DNA from: an uncultured delta proteobacterium | GTDB taxonomy: Bacteria > Desulfobacterota > Binatia > DP-6 | Length of the DNA: 64,000 nt | Assembly: GCA_963815115.1 (NCBI GenBank) | Contig: CAWFFN010000009.1 | Span: 736,001 to 800,000, forward strand | Direction of reading: 5' to 3' | In this document: one piece after another, positions 48,673-57,299 of the stretch | Position numbering within the stretch: position 1 is the first letter of the stretch | How the letters are laid out: each line of letters opens with the position of its first letter | Program-made: the position numbers and the translations under genes | The notes under the pieces: generated by a model | Seen by the model: only the letters and a program-made list of their open reading frames with translations | Database searches by the model: none | Told to the model about the DNA's origin: nothing

Positions 48673-48804
48673 CTAGTTTCCGGGGCGGCTCATGGTCTCC
48701 ATCTCCTTGAGCCGCTTGAGAGCGTCCTGCTGCCGCAGCATCCCGTAGTTGATCCCGCTCGCATTGAGCGACGAGCCCTCCTGGTGCGGGAACTGGTCGT
48801 AGTC
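48673..48804 (-). pseudogene. Probable C-terminal remnant of an arylsulfatase
   Basis: DYDQFPHQEGSSLNASGINYGMLRQQDALKRL resembles, from memory, C-termini of proteobacterial arylsulfatases found beside moxR/bat operons; upstream sequence looks non-coding. Confidence 0.45.
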
Positions 48805-49020
48805 GAGTGTGTCGAGCGCTTGCCGGCACGGGAAAGCTCCTGGCGGGCGGGGTGCAGCGCTCGCCGCGAACGCCGGTCCGATATCTCCTTCTGACTGGCA
48901 GGAGCTCTCGACGTGCGCCACACGCTATGGCCCTCGCCGCCCGGACTGCGCCCGGGGAAGGACTTACACGGCTCCCGACACGAGGGGAACCTTCGGATCG
49001 TCTCAATCGGTGACAGCACG

Positions 49021-49111
49021 ATCCAGTTGGCGGACCGGCCGGGGGCGGCCTCACCTATCCCGAGCGTTTCTTGCCCCGCTTCACGCTCTCCGGCCGGCCC
49101 GCCAACTGGAT
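49021..49111. repeat. 91-bp element with 22-bp terminal inverted repeats
   Basis: ATCCAGTTGGCGGACCGGCCGG (49021-49042) versus CCGGCCGGCCCGCCAACTGGAT (49090-49111), 21 of 22 complementary. Confidence 0.75.
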
Positions 49112-49115
49112 GGAG

Positions 49116-49132
49116 CTGGCATCACAGTTGCT
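49116..49132 (+). promoter_or_regulatory. Sigma-54 (-24/-12) promoter
   Basis: CTGGCATCACAGTTGCT with exact GG-N10-GC spacing; AGGAGG SD at 49148 and ATG at 49158 follow. Confidence 0.75.
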
Positions 49133-49157
49133 CGGTCCACAGGCTTCAGGAGGTTCG

Positions 49158-49344
49158 ATGGAAAGTCTCGGTACTCGCTCGCAAGCGCTTCTATCTCGAC
49201 GGAGAGCCGATCGAGTACTGGGAAGATCCGACCCTGCCCTTCCGTTGCACCGCAGATGATCTGCAGCAGTACGTGCAGCGCGGGGACTGGGTGCTCCTCT
49301 TCAACGCCCTCACGCTGCTCGGCTCGCCGGTCGCGTCCGAATAG
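49158..49344 (+). CDS. Small (~61 aa) hypothetical protein with an apparent +1 frameshift just after the start codon
   Basis: SD plus ATG is one base out of frame with the coding-like VSVLARKRFYLDGEPIEYWEDPTLPFRC...GDWVLLFNAL. Confidence 0.55.
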
Positions 49345-49365
49345 GGGGACTCGCTCCGGGCAGGG

Positions 49366-50544
49366 TCACGCCGTCGCGGCGACCAGCCGGTTCGCCCGCG
49401 CAATCGCACCCAGCCAGTGGGCGCTCGGCTTCACGGTGCGCCGCTGCGTCGTGCGGTCGACGGCGACCAGCCCGAACGTCGGGCGATAGCCGAAGACCCA
49501 CTCGAAGTTGTCGAGCAGGCTCCAGTAGAAGTAGCCCCGCACGTCCAGCCCGTCGCGCAGGCAGGCGAGCACGCCGTGCAGTGCCCGCTCGACGTACTCG
49601 ACACGCTCGGTGTCGTCGAGCGTCGCGATGCCGTTCTCGGTGACGAGCAGGGGAACGTGCCGTGCGACGTCCCACGCGCGCCGGATGGTCGCCTCGAGCG
49701 CCTGCGGCCAGAACTCGTAGCCCATCTGCGTATGCGGCACGCCGGGCTCGGGCCCGCGCATGCCGTCGGGGCCGATGCGGAGCCTGGTGTACGTCTGCAC
49801 GCCGAGGAAGTCGTCGCTGCGCGCGGCATCGAGGAACACGTCCTCCATCGCGCTTCTCTCCGCGTCGCGCTGTGCCTCGCCGCCGTCCACCGCCTGGTAG
49901 TCCTGCATCGCGAGCGTGAGCCCCACGGGAGCGCAGCCGGGCCCGGACTTGATCGTCTCGACCGCGAGGCGGTGCGCGGCGACCATGACGTCGTTGGCGC
50001 GGAGATGCATGTCGGGCTCGCGCAGCCCGGGCGGGAAGAGACCCCAGCGATGACCGAAGGCCGCCACGATGTTGGGCTCGTTCAGCGTGCAGGCCCGTGC
50101 GATGAGATCGCCCAGGTGTGCCGAGGCACGCTCGCAGAAGCGGGCGAAGAGCTCGGCCGTGTCCTCCTCCGTCCACCCCCCGCGTGCGGCCACCCAGCGT
50201 GGCGTGGTGAAGTGGTGGAAGGTGACGATGGGCGCGATGCCGTGCTCGAGGCAGGCCGCGCACATGCGCCGGTAGTGATCGAGCGCGGCGCGCGAGAAGT
50301 GCCCCCGCTCGGGCTCGATGCGGCTCCATTCGAGCGAGAACCGGTAGGCGTTGAAGCCGAGGCTGGCGAGCAGGGCCACGTCCTCGCGGTAGCGGTGGTA
50401 GTGGTCGCAGGCGTCGGCGCTCGGCTCCGTGCAGGGCGAGCCTGCCGCGTGCTCCCAGGCCCACCAGTCGTTGTTCCAGTTGCCGCCCTCGACCTGGTGC
50501 GCCGCGGTCGCGGTGCCCCAGACGAATCCCTGCGGGAAGGTCAC
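49366..50544 (-). CDS. Glycoside hydrolase family 1 beta-glucosidase
   Basis: FP.GF.WGTATAAHQVEG, TLNEP acid/base, VTENG nucleophile and WSLLDNFEW. Confidence 0.95.
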   Translation of the reverse strand: MTFPQGFVWGTATAAHQVEGGNWNNDWWAWEHAAGSPCTEPSADACDHYHRYREDVALLASLGFNAYRFSLEWSRIEPERGHFSRAALDHYRRMCAACLEHGIAPIVTFHHFTTPRWVAARGGWTEEDTAELFARFCERASAHLGDLIARACTLNEPNIVAAFGHRWGLFPPGLREPDMHLRANDVMVAAHRLAVETIKSGPGCAPVGLTLAMQDYQAVDGGEAQRDAERSAMEDVFLDAARSDDFLGVQTYTRLRIGPDGMRGPEPGVPHTQMGYEFWPQALEATIRRAWDVARHVPLLVTENGIATLDDTERVEYVERALHGVLACLRDGLDVRGYFYWSLLDNFEWVFGYRPTFGLVAVDRTTQRRTVKPSAHWLGAIARANRLVAATA

Positions 50545-51515
50545 GGCGTGACCACCACCTTGCCGTAGCTCTGGCGCGACCCGAGTGCCTCGAGCGCTGC
50601 GGGCAGCTCGCTCAGGGGATACGCGCGGTAGATCACCGGCTCGACCTTGCCCGCGCGGTAGAGGTCGAAGAGAGCGGCGAAGGTCTCGTCGATGCGCGCG
50701 GGCTCGTGCATGGCGTGCGCGCCCCAGTGCAGACCGACCAGCGAGATGTTCTTCAGCAGCACCCGGTTGAGCTTCACTTCCGGGATCCGCCCGCTGGCGA
50801 ACCCGATGACCAGCAAGCGGCCGTTCCAGGCGATGCACCTGAGCGATCCGTCCGTCACCTCGCCGCCGACCGAATCGTAGATGACGTCGGCACCGCGGCC
50901 GCCCGTCGCCTCCTTCACCCGCTCGACCCAGTCCTCGGCGCGGTAGTCGATCGCCACGTCCGCGCCCGCGCGGCGCACGACGTCGAGCTTGTCGGCTCCG
51001 CCTGCCGTGCCGATCACGCGTGCGCCGAGCGCCTTGCCGATCTGCACCGCCGCGATGCCGACGCCGCCGGCCGCCGCGTGCACGAGCAGCGTCTCCCCGG
51101 CACGCAGCGGGGCACGGAACACCAGCGCCGCGTACGACGTCGGATAGACGATGGGAAACGCGGCGCCGGCCTCGAACGACATGCCGTCGGGAAGGCGGTA
51201 GGCGGCGCGGGCCGGCACGACGGCGAGCTCGGCGAAGCTCCCGAGACCGGCCGAGGCGAGGACGCGATCGCCCGGCGCGAACTCGCGGACGTCCGGTCCG
51301 ACGGCTTCCACGATCCCGGCCAGCTCGGCACCGGGCACGAAGGGGAACGGCGGCCGAACCTGGTACTGCCCGCGCACCATCAGGATGTCGAAGAAGTTGC
51401 ATCCCGCGGCGCGCACCGCGACGCGCAACGTCCCCGGACCCGGCTCAGGGTCGGGGATTTCCCGCACCGCCAGCTCGTGCGGCTCCATCCAGCGATCGAC
51501 GACGACGGCGCGCAT
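50541..51515 (-). CDS. NADPH:quinone oxidoreductase (MDR family)
   Basis: NF.D.L...G.YQ.RPPFPFVPG.E, AAAGGVG and IGFASG.IP. Confidence 0.92.
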   Translation of the reverse strand: MRAVVVDRWMEPHELAVREIPDPEPGPGTLRVAVRAAGCNFFDILMVRGQYQVRPPFPFVPGAELAGIVEAVGPDVREFAPGDRVLASAGLGSFAELAVVPARAAYRLPDGMSFEAGAAFPIVYPTSYAALVFRAPLRAGETLLVHAAAGGVGIAAVQIGKALGARVIGTAGGADKLDVVRRAGADVAIDYRAEDWVERVKEATGGRGADVIYDSVGGEVTDGSLRCIAWNGRLLVIGFASGRIPEVKLNRVLLKNISLVGLHWGAHAMHEPARIDETFAALFDLYRAGKVEPVIYRAYPLSELPAALEALGSRQSYGKVVVTP

Positions 51516-51538
51516 GAGAAGGGATCGGCGGACGCGGA

Positions 51539-52129
51539 TCAGGCAGTGGCGGCGCAGGCGACCGGCTCGCCGGCGGGAGCCGTCGAGCGGGCTCGCCGGA
51601 CGACCTGCTCCGGCGCGAGCACGGGGAGCACCTCGGTGCGGGGACGCTTGCCGCTCAGCTCGCCGTACGTGCTCCGATACCATCCACCGCTCACCCGCTC
51701 CTCGCTGTAGAGCTGCGCCCAGAAGCGATGCGTGTCGGCGTCGGTCGCCTTGGCCGCGGCGAAGCCGCGGTCGAGCGCCGCCTGGCAGCCCGCCATGCGT
51801 TCCCGGTCGCGCTCGTTCGCGGCCTTCAGCGCATCGAGCTGGGCCACGAACCCGTGGACCTCGCGCAGCTCGGCCAGCTGGCCGGCGAGCACCTGATCGA
51901 CACAGGCGGGACCCGGCTGGCCGCCCAGCGCCCTGATGCGCGCGGCCAGGAGTCGCGCGTGATTCGCCTCGCGCTCGGCGATGATCAGATGTCCCGCGCG
52001 CAGGTAGGCATCCTGCTCGCCCTCGGCCCAGGCGGCATACAGCTCGGCCCCCCAGCTCTCGAGCGCGCGAAAGACGTTCAACCCTTCGAGGATCTCGTCC
52101 CGGGAAGTCCCTTCCATGCGCCCTGTCAT
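51539..52129 (-). CDS. Ferritin-like four-helix protein
   Basis: E..GA..Y..WA and EREANHA..L..RI..LGG (ExxH). Confidence 0.6.
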   Translation of the reverse strand: MTGRMEGTSRDEILEGLNVFRALESWGAELYAAWAEGEQDAYLRAGHLIIAEREANHARLLAARIRALGGQPGPACVDQVLAGQLAELREVHGFVAQLDALKAANERDRERMAGCQAALDRGFAAAKATDADTHRFWAQLYSEERVSGGWYRSTYGELSGKRPRTEVLPVLAPEQVVRRARSTAPAGEPVACAATA

Positions 52130-52161
52130 AGCGCCGCACGACCGGGCGTGGGAAGAGCCCA

Positions 52162-53163
52162 TCACGCCGCGCACACGAAGTCGCGCGTCTCGACCCAGGC
52201 GAGCCCGGCGAGGAAGGCGCGGATCTCGCTGCGCGCCGCCTCGCCCGCCACCGATGCCACCAGGCGGCCGCGGGGGAGGCCCGCGAGCGCCGCCGGGGGA
52301 ACGACGGGCGCGCCGTGGATGACGTTCCCCAGGCGGCCGGCGTGCACCTCGACGACGTGCGACGGGTGCTTGCCGTGACGGCGCAGCGCGCGCGCCAGGG
52401 CGCGACCGGTGCCGCCATGGCCCCACAGCAGGTAGCGCTCGGATCCCGCGAGGAAGCCCTCGGCCAGGAAGCTCGCCTTGCAGGCGGTGATGCGGTCGAG
52501 CCCGTAGGCGGGGTGCGTGCGCGTGAGCCGGCCCGGACCATCGCGCCAGCCGAGCAGGCGGCGCGGCACCACGCCGATCTCGTGCCCGGAGGCGAGCAGG
52601 CGAAGGACCAGGTCGTAATCCTCGGGCCAGCCCTCGTCGCGGTAGCCGACCGCCGTCAGCACGGCGCGCCGCGCGAGCAGCGAGGGGTGGGCGACCGGAC
52701 ACTCGACGAACGCCTCGGCGCGGACGCGCGCCGGAGAGTCGACGGAGTTGAGCCAGCGCTCGTAGGCGCGCAAGCTGTCCGACATCCCGGCGCGCGGGAA
52801 GAAGCGCACGTGGCTTCCCACCGCGGCGAGCTGCGGAGCGCCGTCGAGGGCCGCAACCTGCGCCGCCAGCCGGTCGCGGCGCATCAGGTCGTCGGCATCC
52901 AGGCGCGCGACGTACTCTCCGCGGCAGCGCGCGAGCCCCGCGCCGAGTGCGGCGACGAGGCCCCGGGGAGGGGTAGACTCGACTGTCACCCGAGGGTCCT
53001 CCGCCGCGACGGCCATCGTCACCTCGGGCGTCCCGTCGCGCGAGCCGTCGTCCACCACGATGCATTCCCAGTCGCTCCAGGTCTGGCGGAGGAGGCTGGC
53101 GAGCGCGGCGGGAAGGGTGACGGCCGCGTCCCGGGCGGGAAGCAGCACGGAGACACGGGGCAC
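52162..53163 (-). CDS. Glycosyltransferase family 2
   Basis: VSVLLP.RD, VVDDGS.D, ARLDADD and PEDY. Confidence 0.92.
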   Translation of the reverse strand: MPRVSVLLPARDAAVTLPAALASLLRQTWSDWECIVVDDGSRDGTPEVTMAVAAEDPRVTVESTPPRGLVAALGAGLARCRGEYVARLDADDLMRRDRLAAQVAALDGAPQLAAVGSHVRFFPRAGMSDSLRAYERWLNSVDSPARVRAEAFVECPVAHPSLLARRAVLTAVGYRDEGWPEDYDLVLRLLASGHEIGVVPRRLLGWRDGPGRLTRTHPAYGLDRITACKASFLAEGFLAGSERYLLWGHGGTGRALARALRRHGKHPSHVVEVHAGRLGNVIHGAPVVPPAALAGLPRGRLVASVAGEAARSEIRAFLAGLAWVETRDFVCAA

Positions 53164-53242
53164 GAGGCGGTATAGCGCGTTTGCTCCCCTAGTGAACTAG
53201 CGTTCGCCGTAGGGCCCGCGGCTTCGGTATAGTGCGGCGCTC

Positions 53243-56008
53243 ATGGATCGCCTCGCGGCCTGGCTGGTCCGACACCCGCGCAGGGTCATCGCGGCAACGC
53301 TGCTCGTGACGGCGGTCCTCGGATCATTCGCCGTGCGGGTGCGCTTCCAGAGCTCGTTCGAGAGCGTCCTGCCGGCGGGCGACCCCGCCGTCGCCTTCTA
53401 CGACCAGGTCCGCAAGCTCTTCGGCAGCGACGACGTGGGCGTCATCGGGGTGCTGTCCGACGAGCTGTTCTCTCCGTCGACGCTCGAGAAGATCGCCCGC
53501 GTCACGACCGCCGTCGGCAAGCTCCCGGGGGTGCACCAGGCGGTGAGCATCACGAACGCCACGGACGTCGCGGCCGACGTCCTCGATCCCCCGCCGCTGC
53601 TCCCCAAGCTGCCGCCGACGCCCGAGGACGTCGAGTCGCTGCGCGCAAGGCTGCGTGCCGTACCGCTCTATCGCGAGAACCTGGTCTCGGAGGACGGTCG
53701 GGGCGCCGCTATCACCGTCATCTTCAAGCCGCTGTCGGAGGCCGAGTACAGCGACCTCGACAGGCGCATCGATGCCATCCTCGCAGCCGAGAATGGTCCG
53801 GAGCGCTTCTACTACACCGGTGCGGCGCACGTGAAGGAGGCCGCGGTCGCGCTGATCCGACGCGACCTCGAACGCTTCACCCCCATCGCCCTCGCCGTCA
53901 TCGTCTTCAGCCTCTGGGTCTCCTTCCGCACCAAGCGTGGCGTCATGCTTCCGCTGACAGCCGTCATGATGGCGGTCGTCTGCACAGTCGGCGTGCTCGT
54001 GCTCACGGGGCGGGCGATCGGCATCGGGACGTTCGTGCTGCCGCCCCTGCTGCTCGTCGTCGGCACGTCGTACGCCATCCATGTGATGGCGCGCTACTAC
54101 GAGCAGGCCGAGGAGGTGCGGGAGCGGATCCCGGCCGTGGAGCGTGCGTATGCCAGGGTCTGGCTCCCACTCACCATCTCCGCCCTGGTCACGGTGATCG
54201 GCTTCGGCTCGTTGATGGTGAACCGCATCCCGGCCATCTGGGAGCTCGGCGCCTTCGCCGTGGTCGGAGTCGTCTTTCTCACCGTCGTGTGCCTGACCTT
54301 CCTGCCCGCGGCGCTGGCGCTGCTTCCGGTCGAGCGCGTCGCCGCTCGCGCCCGCGACGGTTCGCCGGCGATGGACGGGCTGCTCGTGCGCATCGCGCGG
54401 GCCATCGTCCGTGCCCGGGAGTCGATCTGGTGGGTCGCGTTGATCCTCGCCGCGCTGGCCCTGCTCGGCATGCGTCGCATCGAGGTGGACTCCGATTTCC
54501 TCACCTACTTCAGCCCGCGCTCGGCGGTCCGTCAGGCGAACGAGATCATCAACCGCGAGATCGTCGGCTCGAACCCGTTCTACGTGGTGGTCGAGGGGCC
54601 CGCGCCCGGAGCGCTCAAGAGCTGGGTCAACCTGAAGCTGCTGAAGGACTTGCAGCAATTCCTGCGCACGCTGCCGGGCGTCACCTCCTCGATCTCGATC
54701 GTGGACTACCTGGAGCTCCTCGAGTCGGGTCTCAACACACCGGGAAACAACGACTTCGTCGTGGACGAGCATGGCGAGCCCGTGCCGGCGCAGAAGCCGA
54801 AGACCTTCTGGGAGGACCCAGCGATGCTCGGGCAGGTCTTCGATCTCGTCGCGAAGAAGCCCGAGAACTTCGCCAGTGTCGTCACGCGTGACTGGGACAA
54901 GGCCAGCATCCTCGTGCGCACCAACCTCTCCGGCTCGCGGGCGATCGAGCAGACCCTCGCGCGCATCCGGGAGTACGTCGCGGCGCGCTTCCCCGCCGAG
55001 CTGCGGGTGCGGCTCACCGGGAATCTCGTGCTGATCACCGGCACCGCGACGGACATCGTTCGCGGGCAGATCGAGAGTCTCGCCCTCGCCCTCGGAGTGA
55101 TCTTCGTGGTGCTGACGCTCATGTTCCTCTCGGTCCGCATCGGCTTCCTGGCGATCGTGCCGAACGTGCTTCCCATCCTGATCTTCTTCGGGGTCATGGG
55201 CTGGCTCGGCATCCGTCTGAACCTCGGCACGAGCCTCATAGCGGCGATTGCCCTCGGCATCGCCATCGACTCGACCATCCACTACATGGCGCGGCTGAAT
55301 CTCGAGCTGCGCGGAGAGACCGACCAGCAGCGGGCCATCACGCGGGCGCTGCGGCGCGTGGGCGCGCCCATCATCTACACCACGGTGGCCCTGTTCCTGG
55401 GCTTTCTCACCTTCGCCTTCTCGAGCTTCGTACCCATCCAGGACTTCGGCAAGCTCTCGAGCATCACCATGGCGACGGCGCTCGGCGCCAACCTCGTGCT
55501 GCTGCCGGCGCTCCTCGCGACCTTCAAGATCATCACGATCTGGGACCTGCTCGGCGTCAAGCTCGGCCAGGATCCCGCCCGCACCATCCGGCTGTTCGAG
55601 GGGCTGCGGCCCTCGCAGGCGCGCGTGGTGGTCCTCATGGGCGACCTGAAGCGCTTCGCGCCGGGGCAGGCGGTGGTACGCCAGGGCGAGCGTGGCGAGG
55701 AGATGTACGTCATCATCCAGGGCGCGGCCGACGTGTGGCTCGCCGCCAACGGCGACCGGCAGCGGATCGCCAACCTGAAGCGCGGCGACGTCTTCGGCGA
55801 GATGGGCTTCGTCAGCGGGAACGAGCGTACCGCCGACGTCGTGGCGGCGACCGACCTCGAGGTGCTGGCGGTCGACGAGCGCTTCATGCACCGCATCCAG
55901 CGCCGCTACCCCCGCATCGCCTCCAAGGTGCTGCTGAACCTGTCGCGCATCCTGAGCGCCCGCCTGCAGGAAGCGAACCTGCGCTTCCTGGCGGCGCTGG
56001 CCAGCTGA
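53243..56008 (+). CDS. MMPL/RND superfamily transporter with C-terminal cyclic-nucleotide-binding domain
   Basis: Two 6-TM repeats with periplasmic loops and GIAID..IH; C-terminal VRQGE.G.EMYVI.QG, GDVFGEM and RTADVVA. Confidence 0.9.
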   Translation: MDRLAAWLVRHPRRVIAATLLVTAVLGSFAVRVRFQSSFESVLPAGDPAVAFYDQVRKLFGSDDVGVIGVLSDELFSPSTLEKIARVTTAVGKLPGVHQAVSITNATDVAADVLDPPPLLPKLPPTPEDVESLRARLRAVPLYRENLVSEDGRGAAITVIFKPLSEAEYSDLDRRIDAILAAENGPERFYYTGAAHVKEAAVALIRRDLERFTPIALAVIVFSLWVSFRTKRGVMLPLTAVMMAVVCTVGVLVLTGRAIGIGTFVLPPLLLVVGTSYAIHVMARYYEQAEEVRERIPAVERAYARVWLPLTISALVTVIGFGSLMVNRIPAIWELGAFAVVGVVFLTVVCLTFLPAALALLPVERVAARARDGSPAMDGLLVRIARAIVRARESIWWVALILAALALLGMRRIEVDSDFLTYFSPRSAVRQANEIINREIVGSNPFYVVVEGPAPGALKSWVNLKLLKDLQQFLRTLPGVTSSISIVDYLELLESGLNTPGNNDFVVDEHGEPVPAQKPKTFWEDPAMLGQVFDLVAKKPENFASVVTRDWDKASILVRTNLSGSRAIEQTLARIREYVAARFPAELRVRLTGNLVLITGTATDIVRGQIESLALALGVIFVVLTLMFLSVRIGFLAIVPNVLPILIFFGVMGWLGIRLNLGTSLIAAIALGIAIDSTIHYMARLNLELRGETDQQRAITRALRRVGAPIIYTTVALFLGFLTFAFSSFVPIQDFGKLSSITMATALGANLVLLPALLATFKIITIWDLLGVKLGQDPARTIRLFEGLRPSQARVVVLMGDLKRFAPGQAVVRQGERGEEMYVIIQGAADVWLAANGDRQRIANLKRGDVFGEMGFVSGNERTADVVAATDLEVLAVDERFMHRIQRRYPRIASKVLLNLSRILSARLQEANLRFLAALAS

Positions 56009-56014
56009 GCGCCG

Positions 56015-56776
56015 TCAGGCGACTCGCGCGACGATCACCGCCTCGCCGGACGTGTGATCGTAGGGCCTGCGGTCGAAGCCGCCGTAGAGGGCGGCGATCT
56101 CGAAGCCGGCTCGCGCCAGCAGGTGCTCGAGTTCGAAGCGGTGGTACCAGCGCATGCGAAAGCGCTCGACCTCCTCGCCCACGACGGCGCCGTCGCGCCG
56201 GCGTTCCAGCCGCATGGTGACGTCCATCATCTGGTTGGCGTGATCACGCCGGATGGAGGCGAAGCGCACGATCTCGTCGTCGCCTTCCCGGAAGCGGTTC
56301 TCCTCGTACTCGGGTTCCTCCTCGACCGCGATGCGTGCCAGATCTGGGACGAAGACGTCGAATGCGAAGCGCCCCTTCGCCGCGAGGACGCGTCGCACAC
56401 AGGCGAGGCAGGCGAGCTGGTCGTCGACGGAGTACAGGTGCTGGAGGGGGCGGAACGCCGAGAAGACCAGCGCAAAACGTTGCGGCTGGAGGTCGAAGTT
56501 CTGCATCGTCGCCGTCACCAAACGAAGGCTCGGCGGGGGGTTCTTCGCGCGCAGCACGTCCAGCATCGCCGGGGAGCAGTCGAGGCCGACGCACTCGAGG
56601 CCGGCACGCGCAATCGGCAGCAGCACGCGGCCGGTGCCGCAGCCGAGCTCGAGCACCGGTCCGCCGGTCTCCTGGGCGAGGTGAAGGTAGAAGTCTGCAT
56701 CAGGCCCACGCAGCGCGGCGTAGGTCCCGTCGTAGTAGCGCGCGTGGACGGCGTCGTACTCGGGCTCGTAGGCCAT
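56015..56776 (-). CDS. Class I SAM-dependent methyltransferase
   Basis: VLELGCGTGR and GLD.S..ML. Confidence 0.9.
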   Translation of the reverse strand: MAYEPEYDAVHARYYDGTYAALRGPDADFYLHLAQETGGPVLELGCGTGRVLLPIARAGLECVGLDCSPAMLDVLRAKNPPPSLRLVTATMQNFDLQPQRFALVFSAFRPLQHLYSVDDQLACLACVRRVLAAKGRFAFDVFVPDLARIAVEEEPEYEENRFREGDDEIVRFASIRRDHANQMMDVTMRLERRRDGAVVGEEVERFRMRWYHRFELEHLLARAGFEIAALYGGFDRRPYDHTSGEAVIVARVA

Positions 56777-56865
56777 GCGGACGCTGGGTAGCGAGGCGGG
56801 CGGGCGCCGGCAACCCGCCGTCTCTGGACTTCTCCGCCGGCCTCGTGCCACTCTCCCCGCCCGCC

Positions 56866-57294
56866 ATGGCCGACGTTCGCCCCCGCATCCCGATCAAAGC
56901 CGGGTACTTCACGATTCCCGACGATCCCGGCGCGCCTCCGGAGGTGCTGTGCACGCGCTGCCAGGACTGCGGCGAGTACTTCTTTCCGCAGCGGCTGGTG
57001 TGCGCCAAGTGCCTGTCGCGGCGTACCGCGGAGGCGAGAGTGCCGGCGCGCGGCACGCTCTACAGCTACACCTTCGTCCACATGCCGCTCTTCGGCTCGA
57101 TGCGCGTCGAGCACATGGAGGGCTACGGCGTGGGTCAGGTCGATCTGCCGGAAGGTCCCCGGCTCCAGGTGCCCCTCGCCGGCAAGAAGGAGGACTTCCG
57201 CGTCGGCATGCGGCTCGTCGGAGAGCTCGACGCGCTCCGCGAGGAGCACGGCAAGGACGTCGTCATCATCCGGTTCCGGCCGGCGGAGAGCTAG
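56866..57294 (+). CDS. DUF35 Zn-ribbon/OB-fold protein (ChsH2-like thiolase partner)
   Basis: C..CG..FFP....C..C, GTLYSYT.VH and VDL.EG. Confidence 0.9.
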   Translation: MADVRPRIPIKAGYFTIPDDPGAPPEVLCTRCQDCGEYFFPQRLVCAKCLSRRTAEARVPARGTLYSYTFVHMPLFGSMRVEHMEGYGVGQVDLPEGPRLQVPLAGKKEDFRVGMRLVGELDALREEHGKDVVIIRFRPAES

Positions 57295-57299
57295 CCCAG

